Below, piece by piece: positions 38,000 to 49,589 of a stretch of 64,000 nt of DNA. Within the stretch, counting starts at the first letter, position 1; every line of letters starts with the position of its first letter. Position numbers and translations under genes: made by a program. The notes beneath the pieces were generated by a model. It did no database searches, was not told where the DNA came from, and worked only from the letters and a program-made list of their open reading frames with translations. The stretch comes from Squalus acanthias (taxonomy: Eukaryota): contig CM059438.1 of NCBI GenBank assembly GCA_030390025.1, positions 61,630,001-61,694,000 of the forward strand, read 5' to 3'.

Positions 38000-39520
38000 T
38001 TAATAACTGTATTACATTTCTGACATAGAATTCGATCATGTTATGATCACTGTTAGATAAATGTTCCCTTACTTAGATTATTAACTAAGTCTGGCTCATT
38101 GCTCATTACTAGATCTAGTACAGCCTGCTCTCTTGTTGCTCCAGAAAACTATCTTGAACGTACTCAAGAAATTCATTACCTTTCTGACGAGCTGCTCTGC
38201 TCTTCCCAATCTGCATGAAAATTAAAGTCTCCCATTAAAACAACTTTGCTTTTTCTAATCTCTGAATGAATGCATTGCTGCTATCAGGAGGCCTGTAGAC
38301 AACTCCCATTGCAGTTTTCAGTCCTTTCCTATTCTTCAATTCTAACCACAGAGTCTCCGCTGATTGCTTTCCCTTACCTATATCCTCTCTTACTAATGTT
38401 GTAATCAATAAGGCTACCCCTCCTCCTCTTCCAGTTTCCCTATTCTTTCTAAAGACCTTATAACCTGGAATATTTAACTCCCAATCATGACCAGCTTGCA
38501 GCCATGTCTCAGTAATGGCCACCATGTCATACCCACTAAGCTGTATTTGAGCCTCTAATTCATTCAATTTATTTCTTATACTCCGTGTGTTCGTGTATAA
38601 AACTCTTATTTGGGCAAGAGACCCGAACCTGTCCTTCTGCCCTGATGCTGTCTTTCTCGCACCGTTTAACTTCACACGTTTCTTATTTGTCATTCCTGCT
38701 GTAACAACTTTAGTTCTTTTAGTATTCCCTTCACCTGGAGTATAGATATCACTGATTGTGACCTGAACTCTGCTCTGATCCCTTTTTTTTTTTATCTTTA
38801 AGCTATCATTTTCACTATTGTGTCTGTCTGAACCCTCCCCCATTGATTAAAGAAAGACTTACATTTATATAGCGCCTTTCACGAGCACCGGACATCTTAA
38901 AGCGCTTTACAGCCAATGAAGTACTTTTGAAGTGGAGTCACTGTTGTAATGTGGGAAATGCAGCAGCCAATTTGTGCACAGCAAGGTCCCACAAACAGCA
39001 ATGTGATAATGACCAGATAATCTGTTTTTGTTATGTTGGTTGAGGGATATGCATTGGGCAGGACACCGGGAATAACTCCCCTGCTCTTCTCCGAAATAGT
39101 GCCGTGAGATCTTTTACATCCACCTGAGAGAGCAGACGGGGCCTCGGTTTAACGTCTCATTCGAAAGACGGCACCTCTAACAATGCGGTAATCCCTCAGC
39201 ACTGCACTGGAGTGTCAGTTTAGCTTTATGTGCTCAAGTCCCCGGAGTGGGACTATGAACCCACAACCTTCTGACTCAGAGGCGAGTGTGCTACCAACTG
39301 AGCCACAGCTGACATAGCTGATTAGTTTAAAGTCCTTTTTACCAACCCAATTATCCTTTCTGCTCGGACCTGGGTCCCAGCCTGGTTCAGGTGTAGCCCG
39401 TTCCAACGGTACAGCTCCCTCCTTTTTCAGTACTGGTGCCAATGTCCCATGAAATGGAACCCCTCCTTCCCACACCACTCCTTTAGCCACATGTTCACCT
39501 TCCTGATCTGTTTGTCCCTA
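38000..39520 (-). mobile_element. Degenerate CR1 (ORF1 end + APE region)
   Basis: AITETW, GGGVALLI and GVVYRPP in ORF 38235..38843. Confidence 0.8.
38849..39314 (-). mobile_element. Full-length tRNA-derived SINE inserted in CR1
   Basis: Colinear with the copy at 37502..37956. Confidence 0.85.
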
Positions 39521-40159
39521 TGGGTGAATGGCCCATACTCACCCTGGACCTCCTTATGTTCTTATCTCTGTACACAGGCCCAGTGAGGTCTAGATGCCCA
39601 GCCGCCACAGCAGTTATTATGTGGGATCCATGCCCAGGGCCTTATGTAGACAACACCATTTGTTTTTTCTTACCTGTACACTGAGATTCATTGTGTGCTC
39701 CAAGTCTCTTCTAACTCACTATCTACATCCTAGCTACAGAACTGAGGGGTTACAGACAGTATCAGCCATGGCTCAGTGGCAACATCTGATGTCATTGGCT
39801 CCATAGGCACTATATAAATGCAAGTCTTTTTGTATTTGGCATTATCCAACTAGTGGGTAGATTGTGCTTTCACTTTAATTCACTTTTAGCACTGGAACAC
39901 GCAGCTGATTATCAGTCTGCCTTCATCAATCTTTATATTTCAACTCTATATTATGTACTTTTATTTTAATTGAGTTCCAAGTTCTGCACATGACTCCCTT
40001 TCCAATAACATGAAAGGCACAAATGCGATAACTGGACCAAGAAAATCCTTTTTTTTTAAGATTTCAATTCAGGTGAATTTTTCTGCTCATTCAGCTGAGG
40101 AATGTACATGTTGGTGATTGGGTAACCACTTTCCATTTGTCACATCTAGTCTTGCTACC

Positions 40160-40486
40160 AAAACACTCCCAGGTCAAGTACAGCACAGGTAAGATACAGA
40201 GTAAAGCTCCCTCTACACTGTCCCATCAAACACTCCCAGGGCAGATACAGCACGGGTTAGATACAGAGTAAAGCTCCCTCTACACTGTCCCATCAAACAC
40301 TCCCAGGGCAGATACAGCACGGGTTAGATACAGAGTGAAGCTCCCTCTACACTGTCCCATCAAACACTCCCAGGGCAGGTACAGCACGTGTTAGATACAG
40401 AGTAAAGCTCCCTCTACACTTTCCTTTCCAACATTCCTAGAACGGGTACAGCACGGGTTAGATACAGAGTAAAGCTCCCTCTACAC
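40160..40486. repeat. 67-bp minisatellite, ~5 copies
   Basis: AAACACTCCCAGGGCAGATACAGCACGGGTTAGATACAGAGTAAAGCTCCCTCTACACTGTCCCATC. Confidence 0.9.
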
Positions 40487-40662
40487 CACCTTCAATAATG
40501 AGCCTTAATCCCAATCCATGAAGAGCATCCCCTTGACAAAAACAGAATTTGATCCTGCACTAAATTAGCCTATATCTATTAGACCTGCTGAGTATTTCCA
40601 GCATTTTCTGTTTTTATTTCAGATTTACAGCAGAAGGCTGTAGCTAACCTTTGTACAGACGT

Positions 40663-42141
40663 GGGGGGTTAAATTGGAGAGACCCTGAAAACGGGCGCGG
40701 GGATCACGATGCCCGTTCAGTGTAATGCAGGCAGCACGACAACTTTGTGAGGTCCAGGCAGTGGAATCGTTGCTTCAGCATGCCAATGGTCTGCTCTATT
40801 ACATTTCTTGTGGGAGCTTGGCTCTCATTGTGTGCATGCTGCGCACGTGTGCATGGGTTTCAATCCAAAGTCATGAGCCATGTCGTCAGCGGATAACCCT
40901 CGTTGCCCCGTAGCCACCCTTTGGTTTGTTGTGGGGGCTGAAATGCAGCTGGCACAGCGGACTGCCGCAGAATGAAGGCATCATGACCGCTGCCAGGATG
41001 CCAGGCATTGACCTGCATGATCCGTTGCCTATGGTCACACACCAGCTGCACGTTGAGGGAGTGGAATGCCTTTCAGCTCCGGTACATGGCAGAGTTGATA
41101 TGCGACCCTCGCGAAGCAATGTGTGTGCAGTCAATGGCATCCTGCACCATGGGGAAGCCTGCAATCCTTGCAAACCCTCATGCTCGCTCCGCCTCCTTCT
41201 CTTTGGCAAGAGGGAATGAAATGAAGTTGTCTCTCTTTGAATAGAGAGCCTCAGTGACCTCCCTTATGCAACAGTGCTCTGCAAACTGCGAGATGTTGCT
41301 AATATCTCCAGCCCAGACTGGAAGGAGCCGGACGCATAAAAGTTCAGAGCCACAGTCACCTTGACAGCCAGTAGCAGTGTGGTCCTTGCCCTGCTCTGAG
41401 GTTGGAGTTGTGGCTGCAGCAGTTGGCAGATTTCTGTGACGACCTCCTTAGTGAAGCGCGGAGATCTCAAACATTGTTCCTCGCTGAGGTTCAGGTAGTA
41501 GAGTTGCTCCCTGAACACCCTGGGCAAATATGGCGTACTGCTGAGAGCCCTTCTCCCCCTCCTTCTCCTCCCTCTTCCGGCAGATTGTCCTGCTCTGCCT
41601 GGCCTCTGCTCATTCTCCCAGTCATGCTCGATTCCAAGAGGAAGGCCCACGAGTGTACGGGAGCAACTGGTTTGTGCAGAAGCCTTGAAGTCAGCAAAAA
41701 GTCCTAGCTCCCTGTAGAATTTTACAACTTGAAACAACGATGGAAAGCACCAAAAACGTGTAGAATTGTAGCAACAGCCAAAGGAAATCAACCTGCAACT
41801 AACCTGTAAGGAGTTGATGATCCCTTTAAGTAGCACTGGCGAGGGGGTCCTTCCTGCTGCTGACCGTGTTCAGCTGTGCGAGCTTAAGAGAGGGCGTCGG
41901 CTGGAGCGTGGCGCTCCAAAAAGTCAGCGCTGGTGTCAAATCAGCGTGCAAAAGTCATGATCTGTCTGCTCTGCATACTTCCGGCGGGACGTTAAGTGCG
42001 CACGGGCTAACCCTTTTACCAAGATGGTGTCGGCGCTGCCCGTGTCAGAAGTGTGCGCGCGCACCGCGGACACCATTTTGGAACACAAAGGGTAGTCGTA
42101 ACGCCCAAAAAACGGGTGCTACCGATGCCAATTTTGCCCCC
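40663..42141 (-). mobile_element. Harbinger D, internally deleted relative of element A
   Basis: TIR GGGGGTTAAATTGG/CCAATTTTGCCCCC; frameshifted transposase colinear with 9480-10950. Confidence 0.88.
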
Positions 42142-42196
42142 TTACTGTTAGTTGCATTTGCAGTCTTTTAATTCTAAGATCTAACTTAGATCATTT

Positions 42197-42763
42197 TGAG
42201 GGACACCTTGCTAATATTGGCACATTCCGAGGGACCCCCTGCAGATATTGACACACTCTCGGGGACCCCCTGAAAATATTGGCACTCTCCGAGGGACCCC
42301 CTGAAAATATTGACACACTCTCAGGGACCCCCTGCAAATATTGACACACTCTCAGGGACCCCCTGCAAATATTGACACGCTCTCAGGGACCCCCTGCAAA
42401 TATTGACACACTCTCAGGGACCCCCCTGCAGATATTGACATACATTCAGGGACCCCCCTGCCAATATTGACACATTCTCAGGGACCCCCTGCCAATATTG
42501 ACACACTCTCGGGGACCCCCTGAAAATATTGGCACTCTCCGAGGGACCCCCTGAAAATATTGACACACTCTCAGGGACCCCCTGCAAATATTGACACGCT
42601 CTCAGGGACCCCCTGCAAATATTGACACTCTCAGGGACCCCCTGCAAATATTGACACATTCTCAGGGACCCCCTGCAAATATTGACACATTCTCAGGGAC
42701 CCCCTGCAAATATTGACACATTCTCAGGGACCCCCTGCAAATACTGACACACTCTCAGGGATC
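42197..42763. repeat. 31-bp minisatellite, ~18 copies
   Basis: CAGGGACCCCCTGCAAATATTGACACACTCT. Confidence 0.92.
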
Positions 42764-43048
42764 CTCCGCCATTCCATCCTAACTTCCAAAAGGAAAACAG
42801 TGCTACAACTGCAGAAAATGTTCTTTATTAGCGTGGAGCAACGGGAACAACTTTCTAGTAACTCAACATATAGAGAAAAGATACAGCAACCTGATGCCAG
42901 AGAAACATAGATCTGCCCTCACAGATCACGAGGGACCCCCCACCCACTTCATAAATCCCGGGTGGTTGGGGGGGGTCCAGCCACCCCAGTTCTGAAAAGC
43001 GACACGGTGAAGTAACTTGTTGTTTAACTTCTCCTTTCTCCGAGGACC

Positions 43049-43208
43049 ATGGAGGCGGTTCGACAAGTCCTTGACGCCGTGGACGAGACGCTGTGCGATC
43101 ATGCGCTCTGTCAGCACCCACTGTGCTGGGAAACCATGAGGCGGCTGGAGCGCGGGCTTCCTCGCACCAAGTTACAGTCCGTCCCCAAAATACAGCCGGA
43201 AAGCGAAG
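43049..43208 (+). CDS. c9orf43: C9orf43 (DUF4647)-like protein, first coding exon
   Basis: ACCATGG Kozak. DETLCDHALCQHPLCWETMRRLERGLPR matches the recalled C9orf43 N-terminal signature DETxC..xCQHPxCW...RRIERGHPR. G|GTAAAA donor, phase 1. Confidence 0.82.
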
Positions 43209-43242
43209 GTAAAAGCGGGGGGTGGGGGCTGGGTGCATAAGC

Positions 43243-43582
43243 GGATTAACATCAGTAGAGACACGGCCAGTAACAGGGTGCTGGGGGAGAGGGTTACTGA
43301 GTGACAGTGTGAGGGAGCTGGATTAACATCAGTAGAGATACAGTCAGTAACACAGGGCGCTGGGAGAGGGGTTACTGAGTGACAGTGTGAGGGAGCTGGA
43401 TTAACATCAGTAGAGATACAGTCAGTAACACAGGGTGCTGGGGTGGGGGTGGTTACTGAGTGACAGTGTGAGGGAGCTGGATTAACATCAGTAGAGATAC
43501 AGTCAGTAACACAGGGTGCTGGGAGAGGGGTTACTGAGTGACAGTGTGAGGGAGCTGGATTAACATCAGTAGAGATACAGTA
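43243..43582. repeat. ~78-bp minisatellite, ~4.3 copies
   Basis: GGATTAACATCAGTAGAGATACAGTCAGTAACACAGGG...GAGGGAGCT repeated. Confidence 0.88.
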
Positions 43583-44945
43583 CCGGAGAGCGGATTGTTT
43601 GGGGTGGACGGGGGTGTGCGGGATGGAGGACGGGTATGCGGGGTCTAGGGCGGGTATGTAGGTTGGAGGGAGGCTGTGCGGAGGAGTGTTGGACGCCTGG
43701 ACCCCAAATTTTCTTATTTCGCAGTGTCCTAAGATTTCTTACCGCAGCCCTGATACACAGGCGTGATTCCTCGCCGTTTAATGTTGACCCGTCCTCCTCT
43801 CCTGCAGGTGCTAACTCTGGCCGTGGAGGCTAGCAGCTTTGGCCAGGGAAGCTTTGATCTCTGCAGCTCTGTCCCACCAGTGTTCCAGTGGGTTTGGGGT
43901 AGATGGGAGCTCGGGGTCACGCTCCACTACAACCATATCTGAGCCCAGCGGTCAGCGGGAGCCAGGGGTGAGAGTCCTAACAGCAGGGAGCGCTGCCGAG
44001 CACAGGCCCAAGAGGGCGACTCCAAATTGGCTTCGGAAAGAAATAAAAATGCAGTTTTGCCAGCGGCCATGAGACTGTCTGCATCCCAAGGCCTGGTGGA
44101 TCGAAACTCCGCCCACTTTTCAGCTGGACTTCCCCCAGCAGAGGCCGGGGATTTCCCCTCTCCCCTCGTCCCCCAACAACAACAGCTTGCGTTTATATAG
44201 CGCCTTTAACCTAGCAAAACGACTTAAAGCACTTCACAGGAGTGTTATCATAGAATCATAGAAATTTACGGCAGAGGAGGAGGCCATTCGGCCCATCTTG
44301 TCCGTGCCGGCCGACAAAGAGCAATCCATCCTAATCCCACTTTCCAGCTCTTGGTCCATAGCCCTGTAGGTTACGGCACTTCAAGTGCATATCCAAGTAC
44401 TTTTTAAATGTGATGAGGGTTCCTGCCTCTACCACCCTTTCAGGCAGTGAGCTCCAGACCCCCACCACCCATTGGGTGAAAAAAGTTCTCCTCAAATCCC
44501 CTCTGAACTTCCGACCAATTACTTTAAATCTATGCCCCCTGGTTATTGACCCTTCTGCTAAGAGAAATAGGTCCTTCCTATCCACTCTATCTAGGCCTCT
44601 CGTAATTTTATACACCTCAACTAGGTCTCCCCTCAGCCTCCTCCGTTCCAAAGAAAACAACCCCAGCCTATCCAATCTTTCCTCATAGCTAAAATTCCCC
44701 AGCCCAGGCAACATCCTCATAAATTTCCTCTGTACCCTCTCTAGTGCAATCACATCCTTCCTGTAATGTGGTGACCAGAACTGCACGCAGTATTCTAGCT
44801 GCGGCCTAACTAGTGTTTTATACAGTTCAAGCATAATCTCCCTGCTCTTCTATTCTATGATGCGGAGATGCCGGTGTTGGACTGGGGTGGACAAAATTGA
44901 GAGGTCGCACAACACCAGGTTATAGTCCAACAGTTTTATTTGAAA

Positions 44946-44988
44946 TCACAAGCTTTCGGAGCTATCGATTTGCTCCTTCCTCAGGTGA
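44946..44988 (-). ncRNA. Minimal type I hammerhead ribozyme motif (left arm)
   Basis: Reverse complement of 45639..45681. Confidence 0.8.
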
Positions 44989-45638
44989 AGTAAATTAGAT
45001 ACAGAATCTCCAAAGCATATATAGATGGAAAACAAAGCATGTGTACTTTACAATTGCAGACCAATAATTTAAATCATCCTGACTATCTGCCGAGGTGTGA
45101 TAAAGTTAATTAAGTCAGCCAGGAAGGTACCACATCAAAGACATAGCAAGATACAACTGAGACAATGAGGTGTAGTCGCAGGGGTTCTAACGTGTCAAAA
45201 GCTGCCGTCTGTATGTAAAACGAAAAGCTTTAACATTTTTTTACTTTTTTACTGGGAAAATTTTTACTTTTGGGGTCTTGGGTTTATGTCACGATACATG
45301 ACGTGATCCGGACTCGAGTCGTCGTTAGCTTGTTCACAGATGTGATTCCCAGTAAAAAAGTAAAAATTTTCCCAGTAAAAAAGTAAAAAAATGTTAAAGC
45401 TTTTCGTTTTACATACAGACGGCAGCTTTTGACACGTTAGAACCCCTGCGACTACACCTCATTGTCTCAGTTGTATCTTGCTATGTCTTTGATGTGGTAC
45501 CTTCCTGGCTGACTTAATTAACTTTATCACACCTCGGCAGATAGTCAGGATGATTTAAATTATTGGTCTGCAATTGTAAAGTACACATGCTTTGTTTTCC
45601 ATCTATATATGCTTTGGAGATTCTGTATCTAATTTACT

Positions 45639-45681
45639 TCACCTGAGGAAGGAGCAAATCGATAGCTCCGAAAGCTTGTGA
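45639..45681 (+). ncRNA. Minimal type I hammerhead ribozyme motif (right arm)
   Basis: TCAC-CTGAGGA-A-GGAGC(9-nt loop)GCTCC-GAAA-GCTT-GTGA; palindromic AAGCTT helix III. Confidence 0.82.
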
Positions 45682-48414
45682 TTTCAAATAAAACTGTTGG
45701 ACTATAACCTGGTGTTGTGCGACCTCTCACTTCTATTCTATGCCTCGGCTAATAAAGGCAAGTATCCTGTACGCCTTCTTAACCACCTTATCTACCTGTC
45801 CTGCTACCTTCAGAAATCTGTGGACATGCACTCCAAGGTCCCTCTGATCTTCTGCACTTCTCAGTGTCCTACCATTTATTGTGTATTCCCTTGCCTTGTT
45901 AACCCTCCCCAAATGCATTACCTCACACTTCTCCAGATTGAATTCCATTTGCCACTGTTCTGCCCACCTGACCAGTCCATTGATATCTTCCTGCAGTCTG
46001 CAGCTTTCTTCTTCATTATCAACCACACGGCCAATTTTTGTATCATCTGCAAACTTTTTAATCATACTTCCTACATTCAAATCCAAATCATTGATATATA
46101 CCACAAAAAGCAAAGGACCCAGTACTGAGCCCTGCGGAACCCCACTGGAAACAGCCTTCCAGTCACAAAAACACCCTTCGACCATTACCCTTTGTTTCTT
46201 GCCTCTGAGCCAATTTTGGATCCAACTTGCCACTTTGCCTTGGATCCCATGGGCTTTTACTTTCGTGACCTGTCTGCCATGCAGGACCTTATCAAAAGCC
46301 TTGCTAAAATCCATATAGACTACATCAAACGCACTACCCTCATCGACCCTCCTTGTTACCTCCTCAAAAAATTCAATCAAGTTAGTCAGACACGACCTTC
46401 CCTTAACAAATCCATGCTGACTGTCCCTGATTAATCCGTGTCTTTCTAAATGAAGATTTATCCTGTCCCTCAGAATTGTTTCCAATAATTTTCCCACCAC
46501 CGAGGTTAGGCTGACTGGCCTGTAATTACTCGGTCTATCCCTTTCTCCCTTTTTAAACAACGGTACCACGTTAGCAGTCCTCCAGTCCTCTGGCACCACA
46601 CCTGTAGCTAGAGAGGATTGGAAAATGATGGTCAGAGCCTCTGCTATTTCCTCTCTTACATCTCTTAACAGTCTGGGATACATTTCATCCGATCCTGGGG
46701 ATTTATCCACTTTCGAAGATGCTGAACCCCTTAATACTTCCTCTTTTACTATGTTTATTTCATCTAATATTTCGCACTCCTCCTCCCTGATTGCAATGTC
46801 TGCATTGTCCCTCTCTTTTGTGAAAACAGATGCAAAGTATTTATTAAGAACCATACCCATGTCTTCTGCTTCCACACACAGGTTACCTTTATGGTCCCTA
46901 ATAGGCCCTACTCTTACTTTAGTTATCCTCTTGCTCTTAATGTATTTATAAAACATCTTTGGGTTTTCCTTGATTTTACTTGCCAATATTTTTTCATGCC
47001 CTCTCTTTGCTTTCCTAATTTACTTTTTGATTTCAGCCCTGCACTTTCTATACTCCTCTCGGCTTTCTGCAGTATTGAGTCCTCGGTATCTGTCATAAGC
47101 TTCTCTTTTTTTCTTTATCCTACCCTGTGTGCCCTTTGACATCCAGGGAGCTCTAGATTTATTAGTCTCACCCTTTTTCTTTAAGGGAACATACTTGCTC
47201 TGAACCCTCACTATCTCCTCCTTGAATGCCTCCCACTGCTCTGACATTGATTTACCTTTAAGTTTCTGTCTCCAGTCCACTTTGGCTAAATCACCTCTCA
47301 GCTTAGTAAAATTAGCTTTTCCCCAATTGAGAACTTTTATTCCTGGTCTGTCCTTGTCCTTTTCCATAACTACCCTAAATCTAACTGAATTATGATCACT
47401 ACCACCAATATGCTCTCCCACTGATACCCTTTCCACCTCCCAGCTTCATTCCCTAAAACTAGGTCCAGAACCGCCCCCTCTCTTGTTGGGCTTGCTGCGT
47501 ACTGGCTAAAAAAGTTCTCCTGAATGCATTTTAAGAATTTTGCTCCCTCTATGCCTTTCACACTAATTTTATCCCAGTTAATATTAGGGAGGTTGAAATC
47601 CCCTACTATTACTGCCCTATTTTTGCTCGTCTCAGAAATTTGCCTACATATTTGCTCTTCTATCTCCCTCTGACTGTTTGGGGGTCTATAGTCCACTCCC
47701 AGCAGTGTTATTGCCCCTTTTTTGTTTTTCAGTTCAAATCATATGGCTTCATTTGATAATCCTTCTAAGAGATCCTCCCCCCTCACAGCTGTAATTGATT
47801 CTTTAATCAATATTGCGACCCCCCCGCCTCCTTTTTTATCCCCCTCTCTACCTCATCTGAAAACCCTGTAACCAGGAATGTTGAGCTGCCATCCCTGCCC
47901 TTCTTTCAGCCATGTCTCAGTAATAGCTATAATATCATACTCCCACTTGTCTATCTGTGTCCTCAGCTCATCTGCTTTATTCCCTAGACTTGTTATCAAA
48001 CAAAAATTGACAGTGAGCCACATAAGGAGATATTAGTGCAGGTGACTAAACGATAAAGACCCCAAGGCCGAATAATCCATATGTGTGATTGCGAGGAGTG
48101 GACGGGTTTGGGATTGGGCTCGGAAGTTCTGCACTCTACAGTCCAATAAGAGGCCAATACGCAGGCCTGGGGTTTCCGTCCCCTTCTTGATTCAGGCAGA
48201 TGATTGGCTGGGGTGCGGGGAGGAAGGGACTGCTGCCCATTGGTGGGATAGAGTTACATAACCTCTGAACCTGGTCCAATCCAAAGGCTTTCAGGTGTGG
48301 TCACTGGGTCGCAGTCAGAGCAGAAGCCCTCCCTCTACTGCAGGGAAGCCGAATCTAGCTACCTGCCATCATCTCAGCTAACTGTGCAGAACATGGATCG
48401 AACCATTGCTGTAT

Positions 48415-48738
48415 AACCTGCTCCAGCCCTACACAACCCTCCAAGATCTCTGCGCTCCACCCATTCTGGCCTCTTGCACATATCCGATTTTCATCGCTCC
48501 ACCATTGGCGGCCGTGCCTTCAGCTGCCTAGGCCCTAAGCTCTGGAATTCCCTCCCCAAAGCTCTCTTCCTCTCTACCTCTCGTTCCTCCTTTAAGATGC
48601 TCCTTTAAACCTACCTCACTGTCCTAGTAGCTCTTTATGTGGCTCGGTGTCAAAATTTTGTCTGATTACTTTCCTGTGAAGTGCCTCAGGATGTTACTAT
48701 GTTAAAGGCGCTATATAAATGCAGGTTGGTGTTGTTGT
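48415..48738 (+). mobile_element. L2 LINE 3' end
   Basis: G.RAFS..GP.LWNSLP-like coding and GGCGCTATATAAATGCA..(GTT)n tail. Confidence 0.7.
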
Positions 48739-48809
48739 GGGGCTGAATGACAGCCTGAGCAGTGCATTCAAGCCATTGCAATTGGTTTTCCAGATGTTCT
48801 AAAACTGAA

Positions 48810-49155
48810 AGGTGAGGGGTTTTGACAGAGTAGATAGGGAGAAACTGTTTCCACTGGCAGGAGAGTCAGTAACCAGAGGACACCGATTTAAGGAAATTGG
48901 CAAATGAAACAAAGGGGGAGACGAGGATTTTTTTTTTTTTAACGCAGCGAGTTGTTGTGATCTGGAATGTAGTCCCTGAAAGGGCGGAGGAAGCAGATTC
49001 GATAGTATCTTTCAAAAGGGAATTGGATAAATACTTGAAAAGGAAAAATTTGCAGGGCTATGGGGAAAGAGCAGGGGGAGTGAGACTAATTGGAGAGCTC
49101 TTTCAAAGAGCACAAAGGGCCAAAAGGCCTCCTTCTGTGCTGTATGATTCTATGA
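48810..49155 (+). mobile_element. CR1 3' fragment
   Basis: TRGHRF..FFxTQRVV..WN motif, ATTCTATG tail. Confidence 0.8.
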
Positions 49156-49242
49156 AAAGAAGCTGGAGCATTGACTGGACTCTGAATGCACCCTGTCTCA
49201 GAGATTGTTTGCCTGTCTGGAGTTACTCTTTTTATTTTGCAG

Positions 49243-49420
49243 GTGAGCTGCCATCGCTGACTATACTGGAGCTCCCCCAGTGCAGTGCAGACCAGCATGT
49301 CGGTATATCGAATGTAGTCATAACATCACGGAGAACAACCGCCAGCTCAGAGCACTGTGGCCCAGGCCGTCCTGGTAGCCCACAGTCTATTAGTACAATG
49401 GGGAGCAGCTTGGGAGGCAG
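49243..49420 (+). CDS. c9orf43: C9orf43-like, second coding exon (ELPSLTILELP...)
   Basis: TTTTATTTTGCAG acceptor phase 1, AG|GTGAGG donor phase 2; LPSLTI resembles the recalled LPVLTV block. Confidence 0.78.
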
Positions 49421-49589
49421 GTGAGGCCTGAAGGAGATTGTGGAAAATGTGACCAGCCACTGATGGAATTGAATTCGAACAGAAATCAGACTAGAGATTC
49501 ATTTAACATTTCAAATTTATTTTTTAAATCTTGAAATTTAAAGAAACAAAGAGGTTGGAATGAGTCAGAGAGAAGGGGAAAACCCCAAA

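Larger units (their letters stand above)
44860..45729. mobile_element. Penelope-like insertion with inverted terminal segments (374-bp arms, 84-bp spacer)
   Basis: Arms 44898..45271 / 45356..45729; TSD CTTCTATTCTATG (44847-44859 / 45730-45742); spacer encodes LGFMSRYMT*. Confidence 0.9.
44251..47990 (-). mobile_element. CR1 (APE-RT, 5'-truncated) inserted into an L2-like 3' tail (44175..44250 / 47991..48050)
   Basis: ORFs 47370, 47020, 45733 and 44331; TSD TGTTATCA (44243-44250 / 47991-47998). Confidence 0.92.

Noticed and set aside
48897..49424. 175-aa ORF
   Set aside because: Chimera of a CR1 fragment, intron and the likely real exon 49243..49420
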